64,000 nucleotides of DNA from Hyphochytrium catenoides. Lineage: Eukaryota; Protista; Hyphochytriomycota. The position numbers and the translations under genes were made by a program. The stretch covers positions 55,065 through 119,064 of the forward strand of contig FLMG01002493.1 in the NCBI GenBank assembly GCA_900088475.1, read 5' to 3'. Shown piece after piece: positions 35,690-48,763 of this stretch. Position 1 is the stretch's first letter, and each line of letters opens with the position of its first letter. The notes under the pieces are model-generated. The model was not told where the DNA came from. It did not search any database and saw only the letters and a list, made by a program, of their open reading frames with translations.

Positions 35690-36670
35690 GAAAGTGGTAT
35701 GCTCCCTTGATAACATTCCAAGGATCGAAACATTCCGGCCTTACACTACTGTTTTACATCAAAAATGCGCCATGGCTGTTGGTACGTAGTTCTACTCTTT
35801 CAAATCAAGAAATGCACGCAATTGTTCTACCTGTACGATGGTTATGGTTCATACTTCTAGAACTTGCCATCCTTGTAGGCTGCAGGCTTATTATCAGGCT
35901 CCAAGCACTAAAAGTTGTTTTGAGAATAATGTCGACGGCAGTGTTTCCGTCCCGCTTGGTACCACGAGCAGACGAGCAGCTAAACACTCTACTGATAAGT
36001 CCGCTCCCTGATTGGCAACCTGCTTTGCCTTGTGTTTGGATTCACCGTTCCTGATATCATAGCGTTCTTGTTAGTTACGCCTGTGCTGAAAGGGACTTAA
36101 ATATGCAATAGAGCCACGGTCCGTATACTTTACAGGCTCTCACAGATGAAGCTACAATGTCGCGACCAGCTCCTCAACCAACTTCCTCCTCCTACCTCTC
36201 TTTATCTCTTCTCTTATCTTGAGTTCGTTCTCCTTCTCATCTCCACTCGCCATGGGGCCAAACACAGAATGGGGATTACTTTCAAGAGAGGGCGAAGGCC
36301 GCTGACTCCAGTCTTCACCACACCAAAGGCGTTCCTAGTCTAAGAAGTAGTTCTATGACATGAAAAGTGAAGGATGCTACTTTTGTCCTTGATCCTCCTC
36401 TTCACATGTAACGCAAGCCTTCCACTAGGAGAAAACAAGAGCTTTCTTTGTTCTAAGTGTTAATGGAACTATCTAGCAAGCGCAGGTACCCTCTTTGTCC
36501 ACGAGTACACAGGGTCGTATAGCGTGAATAATGCTCTCTCCGGAGTCTCTTCTACTTCTTTAGGTGTGGGCGTGGATTATATTATGGCGAAGTCGACCAA
36601 ACCCCGGAAACTGGCTGATGAGTTTCTATTAAGTTGATTGGCTGCCGTCCTTGGACTGTAGGGCTAGGCA
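35690..36670 (-). pseudogene. Putative decayed paralogue of the anoctamin N-terminal region
   Basis: Colinear fragments VDFAIII / YKDGKF*KY / FDVKQ*CKAGMFRSLEC match the neighbouring anoctamin FDIAIVL / IDGRFELF / FDCRSDRERKARRSMFRSSER. Stops and a frameshift present. Confidence 0.4.
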
Positions 36671-37191
36671 GAGCTTGAGGCAGAGGCTTTTGTGATTCTC
36701 AACCTCGCTTGCTTGGGATAAAGAAAAGACGAAATACGTTTATAATTACAGCTCTTCCAAAACTGACAAGGGAAGGAGGACTTGAATTTTATGGCAGAAC
36801 AGTCAAGAAGAGAAGGAGTCCTGCATTGCCCAGACCCGTCAAGCCGGCTACTAGAGTTGCTTGATCAGGTGTCAGGTGATCAGAGCCCAGACTACGTCCA
36901 ATAATAGGGCCACTGCAGTGGGCAGAGCACAAAGCCATTCAGCGCTTACCACAACGTCAACGTCTATTATGGCTTCGTGGCAGAGAAGGTTGTATCGTGA
37001 TTCAATACATGAACTGTGAGAGCTGTGAGGGCAGACAAACCGATGTGCCAAAAGGATAGACAGCTCTTCCGCGTCAATCCTAGAATCGGAATACGGGCGG
37101 ATCGATGGCCCAAAGGCCTACCGACGAACTCATTCTGACCTATTTCTCTTTCAATTTATCTTATCTAAAATCCTAGAGTCTAAGTGAGTCT

Positions 37192-40100
37192 CTAGCCTCT
37201 AGGTCCTTGTAATACATCCATCTGGGATACTGAATTCCGGGAAAGCCCATTGCTGCCAGCAGCTCTGAGCTCCAGCAATTTGTCACGCCGCAGACAGCGA
37301 CGTAGATATGTAGACTTTGCTGGGTAGATGTAACCTATATATAACCTTATAAACAATACTCCATGTTCCAGCAAGAAGAGTGTGCCAAGCTGGATGAACA
37401 TATTTAGCACTCATCATCACTACTCGTCCTGACCCGTAATCCAAGGAACTCACCTTCCCTATTGGCGCGTCCTCTGTGAGGTACCTTTCAAGCACACCGG
37501 CCATCAATACAACGTGAGCGCAGTTCGTTGCGACAGCAACAAAGGCCATTAGCTCTAGTAAATTCATCCTGATGATAGCAGTACTCGGTTACTGGCCGTT
37601 GGGAAAGGAATGTAGAGGACTGAGTGCTTTACGACGTACCATACGCCAATACCTCCTGCGCGCAGTGCTAGAGGTCTTTGCTTTGTTACCATGATCTTGA
37701 AGGCGTCGGTACGGATCTCGATAAGGTTGTTTACCAGCGCAAAGAGAGGCGCAAGAGGAAATGCAACAGAAAAGAAGCTGACATAGCCAAACTGGATCAT
37801 CATCTCCATATAATCATCAAACGTGCTATAGGTCGTGAGCGCACTAGCCTGCTAGAGCATATGAACTGGGGCATTATCACTCCGAGGCGGCTGAAGATTG
37901 GAGTCCCAATATCCCACTTACATACCTCCCACGCCTCAGAGAGGCCGCCCCGCAGAGAGTTCATGTTTTGGCGACCCTCGTCAAATCCGAGCTCCATGAC
38001 ATGCTGAGCTCCACTAAGCCTTCTCCTAGCCTGCCCTAACTTCTTTTTTTCTTGAATGAGACTGTCTTCAGCAACAAAATCTCTTACTTTTCTTATCCTC
38101 AAACAGACCCACGGATAGAAAGTTTCCATCAGGTTTCCCCAGACCTGAGATTGATATGAGTGCAGATGCTTTTGCTGCTAAGCTTCGTTGCTCTTACCTG
38201 CCCCGAGATCATGAAGGACGCTAGTTGTGTGCCCACCTTCACATGATTGCTATTGCTTGGGGCAAAGGCGTAGTAATAGAGGCTTGTAAAAACATGGACA
38301 GACTGGAAAATGAAGACCTGAGAAAGTGTCAGAAAGTCAGTTCTGAAGAGAGAGTCACTTTAGCGGTCTTCTCCTCTAGCCTTGTCCTTTCCCTTGTCTG
38401 AGAACTAGTGTGGTGAGCCTCAGCATCTCACCTTTGCGATAAGGTGGTTCTGGTATGTGGATTCGGTAGGATGGTTCTCAAAATCGTTTAAGAAGCGTGC
38501 CACATAGTCAAAGAGGTAGTCCATAATAGGAATAAGAGTTCCATATATGGCAGGCTTCACAAAGAGTGACATCCATGTCTGTAGGTCCATTGCGTCTACA
38601 GACTGCAGGGAATAAAGGTTGATTGACCTCCCTTCGTCCTCTACAGCGTCCCTGCCGCGCCATCAGTCAAAGTAGTATGTGAAGCTCATTGATGTGGCTC
38701 TCAAGTCATTGTAGTGGAGACTTACCCAGGGATAAAAATGAAATACATCGCAAGGAGGACAATGCCAATACATAAGGTGACTATAGGCACTGACAGACAG
38801 TACTTGAGGACACGCCTGTGGTGTGGGTAGTGAAGGTAGGTCTCCTTTGTTAGAGGGTCCACCTTCTCTACACCATCGTAATTGCTTCTGGGCTGCTCCT
38901 CGTCCTGTGTAGCACCCTTTGAGACCACAAACGAAGCTACAAGGTAAGCATTCTACTACCTCGTAGTTAAGAACCCCCCAACGGTAAGCAAGCTCCGTTG
39001 ACTTCCTTGACCAGGCGACAACAAACGCTTGTGCCCACGTCGCAATAAATATAGCATATAACGCGGTGCCAACATGACTCATTGACCTCATATATAACTG
39101 TATGAAACATAAGACGCGGCTAAGTCAAAAATTGGGACGCTGTGCAGTCCCGCAAAGAGAGACAGTTTGGCGATAGTTGACCATGACGATCTTACCTGAC
39201 CTAAGAATAACCCTATTCCTGCTAAGCTAGGCAATATTAACCACCACGTATAAAGCTGAAGCCTGATGCGAGCATGTCAGCTCGAAGCTTTGACAAGGCG
39301 ATTGGAAGCGTACCATGCAAAATAAAAGGCGATGTTCTCTCCATAGTACATCTGAACATCATCCAAGGGCTGGGAAAGAAGCTTGGTGACAAATTGCTTG
39401 AGTGTGCTAAGACATGACTGGTCTAAGCAAAGAGAGATAAAAGAAAAGTGATTCATGAGAAACTCAGTGTATCAAGGGAGATAGTAGGACAGGGAACTCA
39501 GAGAACAGGTAAAGGCGACCAGGCACCTACCTTCAGCTTCTGTTCTCCAGAACAATATCCATTTTGTGTATAGCCTGTCTCTCCTACTGCCGTGATGTAG
39601 CGGAAATATCTGTAAGATGACATGGGCAACCCCTCTAACGGAGAATTAAGTCCACTGGGTCCATGGTTGAATGCATTGAACGGTCCAGGCCAGACCTTTC
39701 AAACTTACCCATCTCTACCGAGATTGGCCCCAGAAACGGGACCCCCCGATGGCTTGGCCATTAGAAGGTGGTGTATAAGCAACTGGCGCTCACTGCTTCT
39801 GAACATTGACCTTCTTGCTTTTCTCTCTCTGTCCGAGCGACAATCAAACCTCTCTCTCCATTTCGTGGTGAAGAGTTCGAAGCGTCCGTCTATTTGCCGT
39901 TTCCGTAGCTTTATGGCCTCTGCTACCCTTTCTAGCAAGCCTAAGGAAGCAGAGAGCTTTAGCGCGTTGGACTTCGTGGTTCGCCTGTGATCGCAGCGGT
40001 ACACAAACCCTGGCATGCTTCTCTTTCTAGTGGTGCAGGCGAGCTCCCCAGCCTCGTTTCTTCTGAGTCACGATGAAGGGTACACGCACCGTCTGATGCT

Positions 40101-40970
40101 CGAACCTTTATCATTGTTTTCTTGCCATCCAGCGACTGTACGCTTTCGCTAGTCAGGCCCACCGTCCGCAGTCTATTTTCTAGCTCTTGGCACGCAGCGT
40201 CATAGTTGCGCCACATCTCTGGTATTTTGTATACTGGATCTCTTTCCGACGGTGGGATTGCCTAATATCCACATTAAGTTTGATGGCAAGGCATGAAAGA
40301 CATGTGCACTCACCTCTTTAGATGAAGCTCCCCAAAATGGCAAAGAGTCACGCCACGTACTGCGAGACTTCTCCTTATTCTCAATTGATTTGTTGTCTTG
40401 ATTGACTCCTGAAGTACTTGAGGAACGTCTCTTGCCGCTGACGCTTCGACCAACCAAGACAATAGCGATATCAAAAGTATCAACGCATGCGAGAGGTCTA
40501 TAACGCTGTTTCTTGGGAGCACCTCCAGACTGGTCACGAGAAACCGCTGGTGCGGCCACTGACACATTAGTGCTGCTTTCCTTGTTAGATCGCTTTGGCG
40601 GTGAGTGGGAATCGATCAGTGCTCCACGTGATCGAGCAATGTCTTCCGAGGCGCAATTTATCCCGCTCCGCAAGGATGTCGCTGCAGTAGTATCGGGTCT
40701 TTTCGCTCCTCCTTGAGGTTTAGAGTCCTTTGGGAGGTTAGTGTTTGTACCGCTCTCTTCTCTCTTAAGCGGATCTTGAACTGGAATAGGGGTAGAGTGT
40801 AGTTGTTGCTTGCTGTGCTCGAGGTCGACCTCGATCTCTTGCACCTTTCCCACCTCTGGAGGCCTAGCAGGATCAAGCGCAATGGCGAGAGTCGATCGCA
40901 TTTGCTTAAATGCATTCTTCCTCTGCCTTGACCCTTCTGGCTGGTCCCGCATAGGCCCCCGATCAGCCAT
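37192..40970 (-). CDS. Anoctamin/TMEM16 family scramblase or chloride channel
   Basis: IFPLH, QPLDDVQMYYGENIAFYFAW, ELAYRWG, FENHPTESTYQNHLIAK, DDYMEMMIQFGYVSFFSVAFPLAPLFALVNNLIEIRTDAFK, GIGVW, LEH. 3' end may extend further. Confidence 0.93.
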
Positions 40971-41704
40971 GGCTACGACCTGTAAGTCTATTTCGGCAAT
41001 ACGACTATGCTGTCCTACGTGATAAGTCTGGAGGCCTGCATTGACCACCTGTCTTTCCCATAGTATAACCAGCAGACACCTTTTACATTCTAATAAAGGT
41101 GCCCAGCAGATTGCACTCAGCCAGAAGCCAGAACTTAGGGAGCGGTCCATCATCTGGCGGAGCGCGGCACTTGGAGGAGGATGCGAACCTCAGCCAATGC
41201 TGTAACGCCGCTTCACTGTGAATCATTAGAGTAATAAAATCCAACAAACCTGAAAGATTGAAGAAAAGAACGGTGGGTGTAGAGTATCTAAGGCCTTATA
41301 AATGGATTGCGATAAACTTCATTCTTGAAATATAAACTTTGTGTTTTCCTTTTATGAAGGGAAAGATGAGGTCTTCTTCACTTCAATCTAAAGGTCTTTA
41401 CAGGGAGAACAGAGCAAAATTGAGATCTGAGGAGAGAGCTTCACGAAGATCGGTGAACTGATTCGCTCTTTGCCATATTGATGATGACTGATGAGACATG
41501 ACACATAGAGACTTCCAGGGTATCATGAACGATGAGAGCTCCCGGTACTTGGACGAGGAAGCTCAGATGCGTGGATCGTAGCGTCTGGAAGAGTAGGACT
41601 TACTGTCTCTAACATCTTAGGGTCTGGAGTAGAGGTTCCCACTGCGGTCGGTAGGCTGCCTGTCTACGGTGGCATTCTTGGACAAGTAGCATTCTTGGAC
41701 AAAG

Positions 41705-44700
41705 ATGGCGTCGATCCAGCAGACGCTCCTTTCTCACAGCAGTGTCCAGGTCGCCCTAATCCCAGTGGGCTCAATCTCTCCTGCGCAGTTTAGCCACTTT
41801 GCAGACATGATTCGTTCATTTGAGACGGTAGGTGCATGATGGCGCATTGCTGACTCATTACACATGACCAATAACAAGCTAATACCCTAAAATAGATCTC
41901 TCTGACAGGTCTTGTGCGTCCGACTGGTTACGCCTCTGACAGGAGCCCTTTTCCTACGTTTTCCTGGGATAGAGGCAGAATCAGCTTCAGCTTCACCGGA
42001 GTTATTGAGGAGAACCGAAGCACCTGGGAACACTTCCAGGTGTCTAGCCTCTTCTTTTGGCACCGTCTCCTTCTACGTGACAAACAATGCTAACCTACTA
42101 GCTGTATAGGTACATAGGCAGACCTTGGTGGCAATAGGGATTTGCTACTGTCCGTCCACACCAAACCTACGAAAAGCCTACCAGGACTTTGACCGATTCG
42201 TTGGGGTGCAGAACAATGTCATCGTCAAGCGACTCTTTGCCTTTAACCACACCTTTGAGGCCAATGCGATTGAGGTAGCGGTGAGCTTACACGTTCTTAC
42301 TCACTTTGTACTAAGCGAGAACGTTGGTAGGAGGTCCGGGGGGTGAATGAGCTGATACTCTATCCCGAAAACAAGGTCTTGGGAGACGGTAAGTCTTTGG
42401 TGGCGTTAACCATTCACCACATTGCCATTTAGGGCATCGTTCGTCCATATCTGAAGTAGTTATGTCGATGTCTTCTCTTTTTGCAGCCTTTGTACTCTAC
42501 TACTCTACTACTCCCCTCGTCTCACGAGCCTGACGGTCGAAGGTTGTAGGCATGTCAAGCATAATGCTGCACATGGAGGTCATAATGAACTCTGTTGCGA
42601 CCACTCTAATACAGCGCTTCGAGCAGGAAGTCCGCTCCGCGCTAGCTGACGATGGCACGCAGGTAGATGGATATCTGGCTCTTTTTTAGCGGAATGCTAC
42701 TCACTTACAAAAACAGTGGACATTGCGGACCCTGCTGGACGATTCTGACGATTCGCAGGACCAGAGAAGGCGTAAAAGGAGACAGGGCAGGATTCGCAAG
42801 GCATGAAAAGAAACTAGATTCCGGCAACCTTCATCTGTCACCTTCCTGTCCAGCTATCTCTTGGTGTACTTTCTCTTTAACTAACCGCCCTCGTTGGACT
42901 TACTCTTCGACCTATAGATTATTGGAGATTATTGCCTTTTAGCTTGTGCTCCGGGGGACGCACTGGTGCACTATCAAGCAGGAACAGAGCTCTGCAAGTC
43001 AAATGGAGATTATTTGTGGCATGCAGGTTGTTTTGAGCTATGAAACATGAACATCCACCTATAGCAAGGAGTTGAAAACAGGCAGGCCGATTGTGTTGCA
43101 GCGGTATTGACCTTCACTTGCTCTGCTAGGCTGCCTTGAGGGCCACGCTGCCGCCCTGGTGGCCTTGCGGCGTCTAACGGCTCAAGGCCAGGAGAAAGAG
43201 AGTCTTTTCATACCAGACGCAGCTGAAAAATGCGAAGAAGCAGTTGCCATATATTCGAAATATAACATCACCGTTATGGAGTTAGAGTCATCGTTCAAAC
43301 TGGCAAGGTTCTGCACCGCTTTATGCTTGGTACGTTATCTGTCGTCTCTCCTGCACCTCTGACGCCACCATACGAACATGCTTATAGATATTACGCGCTG
43401 GCCAACCCACCAAGGTCCAGCGACGCGCTACGGCTTATGATTGGAACTCTGACGCTTGGTAACATTGGTAGGTCGCGCTAGTTAGAGAGTCGGCTGTGTG
43501 CAGGGTGCTAGTAAAAGGAAGACAAGGACCTCATTAGAGAGTCGGCTGTGTGCAGGGTGCTAGTAACTCCTTTTTTTCTTGCCGCCGTTCACATACTTTT
43601 GAGTAGCCATCTCCAGTAAGGTGCTTTTGAACCTGGAAATTGCCTTAGTTTGTGAGAAGATGAACTTAAAAAGGAAGTTCGCCATGTTCATCAACCGGGC
43701 AGCTGGGCTCTATAAAGAGACGGGAAACTATGCGGCAGCTCATTGTCTCCACCTACTAGCTGGTAGTTACTATGGACTTCGTCTAGATAAGTTTGCCCAA
43801 GTCACAGGTTGGTCAAGGTTGAAGTCTAATGTTATCTGTCTACCCAGCACCACCAGAAAAATGCGTTCCTCTTGTTAAGCTTGTATCCTACCTTGCTGAA
43901 AGTCTAGCTAGTCCTTTTAGACTGAGGTACAGGCTTACCTACGCCTTACTATCTCTCCCGTTATGCTGTTACTATTACACAGGGCCCCTTGGCTTCACTA
44001 TAGATTCATTGACAACTGATAGTGGGCAGCCGCCAGGAGGTTGGTTAGGTCTGCGGACGGCAGTGCTCAAAGACTTGATAGAAACTAGTAATAAAGTCCA
44101 GGACCATTGTCTCTCCATCAAGTACTCAGTCGAGATGCTGAGTATGCTCGCAAAGGCTGAGCAACGGCTATGGAGGGTTCTGGAGGGTAGAGAGAAGGAG
44201 TTTTCTCGACCTGAGCCCAAAGGAGGAGCCGATCTGTCCGCAAACCACAAGGAAGACCATTTAAACAGAAAGCTATCTCCAGTCCAGTGGCAGGATACGA
44301 AGTACAGCACCCCAACAGCACTGGCCGCTTCGAAGAAAGGGTCGTTTTTTTCTGTTAGGTAAGCAGCGCATCCTGTTCAGGGATAAGTGCACTTATTGTT
44401 GCTCATGTCATCGGTCAATTCTGATGAATCATGCAGCACTCCACGAGTAGGCATATCTACGCCTAGATTCTCAGCCCCAAGCTTCACGTCGATGGTCAGT
44501 AGGAAGGACAGTAGCAGTGACCTTGATGAAGGCAATATTGCGGTAAGCTAGGAGTAGGTCAAGGGGTTGATGCTCGGCCGGGACAGATGACAAAAAGAGG
44601 CCGAGAGTATAAGATAGTTGTATTCCTGCAGGCGAGAATGTTTACAATGAGGGCCTAGAGAAGATGCCTTTTTTGTGTATGGCCCATGTTCACTCTCCAC

Positions 44701-47700
44701 TGGCATCCTGATTAGGGGAGGCTTTATCAATGCCAAATGAGCTACATCAGCAAGCAGGGAGATCTAGCTGATCGTCTCCAAAGGTCCAGCCTCAGGCTTC
44801 CCCCAAACTTCCACTTGGCCATGCAGATCCCATTACTTATCTCGGCTTTTCCACGCTTAACCCCAAAGTACGTGCATTGACATGGTGTTCCTGGTCACGG
44901 CTGGAGGGGATAAGATCAGAGACGATAATGCTGAAGCAAAGTGAGGTCCATGTCCAGGGTGAAATACACCGTAGAAGAAGAACCTGCAACCACCATGCCA
45001 CTAAGCTCTCTCCTCCGTTATATAGGGAGGCCCGTCCTCAGCCTAAAAAGGGATATGCTTCTACGGCGAAAGCTAGTGATTTCTATTTCAACCCGTTCGA
45101 TAGGACAAGGGAGCATGAGGTGCAGTGGACGCAAGAGGAGCTAGGAGAAGTGCATGTTAAACTCAGAAATCCAATGGGGATTCCTCTAGTGATCCAGAGC
45201 ATCAGGCTACTGGTCAAAGGAGTTAAAGCTGAGTGCTACCCTATGACGCTATCTATTGAGCCCAGGTGAGTAGCACTCGCCTTTACACCGTTAACGTTCT
45301 ACGTCTTGACTGTCTCTTGTTTGAGGTTCTAGGGCTTTCAAAGACATCTTCCTGACAGCCAAGCCACTGGAGACAGGGGATCTAATTGTCGTGGGCTGTA
45401 CTATACGCGTTCTGAGCCTGCAGAGTGACCATAGAGTGGATGCCTCGGGCTCTGGAGTTGAAGCACGAGACGGTAGTCGTCTTACCTCACTCTTCCTTAA
45501 GTTCTCCCTCCTAGTCTCTCTGTTTTTACGACCGACACATAAATTCTTGGGTCTACAAAGATCCGTATAGAAAGGATGATGAGGGTTACTAAAACGTCTG
45601 CGGTCAGATCCCGCGTGCCATTCCGCTCTTAGTTCCCACAACCACGATAGAGCGGGCACCGTACCCACGAACGAGATCAAAGTACTCCAGACACTGCCCC
45701 TTTTAGCCGTTCGCGACCTGAACCAGTCCATGAATTTAGCCCTATTCCATGGCGAGACTGTCGGTATTAGCGTCCCAGTGGCCAATGTTGGTCCACTCCC
45801 GATCCGAGCGCTAACCATCAAGTTAAGCCTTAACATTACACTTGAACGCCCTAAAAAAGGGAGAGATAGTAGTAGGGAACCAATCGTCATTACAAGGTCT
45901 TCCACGATCTTCTCGACTAGCGACGAGAGAGAGCAAGAGGTGGACCATTTGCTAGCCGGTTGGTACCGTTTCCCCTCCTTTTCGAGCCTGGATCTAATGT
46001 CTCTTCCGTCTGCCGATAAATAGTCGGCACTTCCTTGTCAGATGACGTTATGACAACTGTCACTTGGAACAAGGAGATGATAGCTGAATTCAAGCACTTT
46101 CTCCCGCTAAGGCAGAGAGACATACTGACACTTCCTCTTTTCATTACGGCGCACAAGGTAGACCTATGGCCCGATACCCTTCCATAGCTGACTGAATCCA
46201 TGCTGGCATGCTGAGTCCTATATTTGCCACTTATCTCGCTTCTAATAGCTCTTCTCCTTGACCATATTCAGAGTTGCAAGTCAGCAGCAGTGGTCCTAAC
46301 CTACTCGGCCTCTGAAGGGGTTCCACTAGAGAGATCTTTGGTCATCCCAATCAAGATGACTGTAACGGAGTCTTTGTCCCTCCGTTCTGCTCAAGTTTGT
46401 GGGTTCGGGTCCGTCATTCCTCAGGCTATTCAAACTATACAAGGCAGAGCTGTCCAAGCGTGTAGAGTGAGGTATCTGTTGTACGAAAAGTCTGTGGGAT
46501 GGCGCCTCGCCAGACTAACCGAACATTTTAGCTCTACGTCAAAGGAAGGGTTTCCTGGGTCACTTACAGGCGTCTTTACGGACAATAGCTCCTTCCTTTT
46601 TGTTCTAGAGGTTGTCAACCACAGTGTCCATCCTTTTCAGTTGCAGTGCCTTGTCGATGCAGAAGGAACACATGAGGAGGTAATTGCTTTTATCATCCCT
46701 AAAGATGAGAGGCAGCTAAGAGCGAGGTGAGCTCTTGATCTTCGTCGAGCTACCTCCGTGATATATTACTCTCTTTCCACCCGTTCCTATGACATAAATG
46801 GCGGTACGTGGGTCTTAACCCCTTTTTCTTTTCTCATACTGTCCTATGTCACTCTGCAGAGGCTCAGTCAAGATAAACCCCAATATCAGTGTGCAAGTTC
46901 ATGCCAAGACCACCCAGAGAGTTATCCTCCCGATGTCACGGCGGAGTCTGGGGCTGTGCAGCACGACCTCAGAGTCCGAACGGGTAAATCAGCTACAGAA
47001 GAGCCTAGTTAGCCGGCTCAAAGTTCGATGGATGTCTGTACACGGCAGCATTGGCTCCTTGTCTCTCAGCACCCTAGCTGCGCATTTGCAATGGTTGCCC
47101 ATTGTCGAGCCCTCTCCTTTAAGGATATCGGGAGAGATTGCAGAGCTAGATTGTCTCCAATATCCTCAACAAAGTGACGAATCTAGCAAAGACCAAGTCA
47201 AGACCACCCTTACTCCGCTAAGGTCTGCTGATTCGGATAACATTCTGAGCCCACCACAGCCTCCATCTAGCCCACGCTCCCGACAGAAGAAGCCACGTCA
47301 CTTTTCTGGGTCGATACTTCTCCCTCCAGATGTCCGCAACCCTGAGGTTTCCACATTTCCCCCGAATTCAGTTGTGGCCGACGTAGCGTTGAACCGCTTC
47401 TATGAAATGAGCGTGAAGCTTCACTTCGAAGCAGCAGCAGACACCAGCAAAGGAGTTCTCCTCTCAGTATTCATCTACGAAGATCGAGGCGATGGTTCAG
47501 TCGAGCTAAAGCTGGGATCGAGGATGCTTACTTCTGGGGCTTTCTCCGCTGTGTTACGACCCGTAAGATGAGACCCTCATCGTCTTCTTTCTCGCTCGCC
47601 CTACTGCTTTTTGGTTTCCTCTTAGTGTTGGGCTCCTACTATCTCCTTGAGTCTAGGGCTAAGAACGCTCACTTGTAGGATCAAGATTCAAAGCAAACAA

Positions 47701-48763
47701 GCCATAAACTTCGGTTTTGCTGCCTGGAGGCAGGTCATTTCTCTATCTTACTTGGAGCTACTCTTCTCGGGTCTGGAAGGGTTATTTGGGGCTCTCGTCC
47801 ACTGAGAGTGTGGGCAAAGCTTCCCACCACCGTCCTTCCGCTCACTGAGACGACGACAGAGACCCTTCGGCTCAAAATTCCGCTTGAAAGAAGCCCTAAC
47901 AATCCTCTGATCCTAGTAGAGGAGTCAGCTTCTCTGCCCTGCGATGTTCCTAGTGTAAACGAGCCTAAATCTGAGAGTCTACGTCTTTGGGATGAAGAGG
48001 AGCTAGAGATTCAGCTAGAACGGGATTTGAGGAGGTCCTTCACTCTGGCTGCTAAGCCAAACAAGGTAAAAATATCTGAAGCCGAGCAGATTTTCGAGAA
48101 CATGGCACTCGAACTGGATCCCATGGAGGGAACGACAGACACTCCAAAAGAAGACACCTTTGGCAGTCATGAGGGCGACCAAGGTTAGTGCAACTTCTTC
48201 AGTTCCTCTCAGGTTGTGCCAACAATCCCGAACTTACATCCTTACAAGCCGTGCAATAGTCATCACCCTTTTGTGAAGCTATATTATTCTCTCACTTTCT
48301 CTAAAGAACTCTATTGGGGCTTCACCTGCTTTCCATGAGGTCGCAATAGTACTGACCAGTTAGTTACTGTGACTGTGCTTTTCCATGAGGTCGCAATAGT
48401 ACTGACCAGTTAGTTACTGTGACTGTGCTGAAACACTTTCATGCAGCCCGCGCTGACATCGACACAGCGGCTAACAATTCAGTCACAAGCGGATTAGACA
48501 CTTTGCAGTTAGATGAGGTAGAGAATACCAGTCTTTCGGATTCGGAGCTAGAAGGTAGCTCTTCAGTCTCTATGGGGACAGCAACTTGGACACCACCGAC
48601 ATCTTTGCAATCATTTCTGTCATCTGCCATGAGAAGCACTGCTGCCCCTAGTGATACTATGGAAGACCTAGAGAGCAAATCCATTGCGGTGAAGGAATCA
48701 ACTCCAACCATTGGTGGGAGCCTGCAAAGCCGCTTCTTCAATCGTAAGAAGCTCTCAGATTAA
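41705..48763 (+). CDS. TRAPPC9: Trafficking protein particle complex II subunit TRAPPC9/Trs120
   Basis: VQVALIPVG, WEHFQVHRQTLVAIGI, GRIRKIIGDYCLLA, DYLWHAGCLEG, LKRKFAMF, FYFNPF, EVHVKLRNPMGIPL over many exons. C-terminal exons less certain. Confidence 0.9.
43482..43566. repeat. Exact 33-bp direct repeat in a TRAPPC9 intron
   Basis: ttagagagtcggctgtgtgcagggtgctagtaa at 43482-43514 and 43534-43566. Confidence 0.95.
48331..48429. repeat. Exact ~50-bp tandem duplication in the last putative TRAPPC9 intron
   Basis: ttccatgaggtcgcaatagtactgaccagttagttactgtgactgtgct at 48331-48379 and 48381-48429. Confidence 0.95.

Noticed and set aside
1450-36670. TAG reassigned to Gln (alternative genetic code)
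   Set aside because: RPSA and PI4K terminate at TAG, and long conserved exons (MetH, leishmanolysin, PI4K) contain no in-frame TAG.
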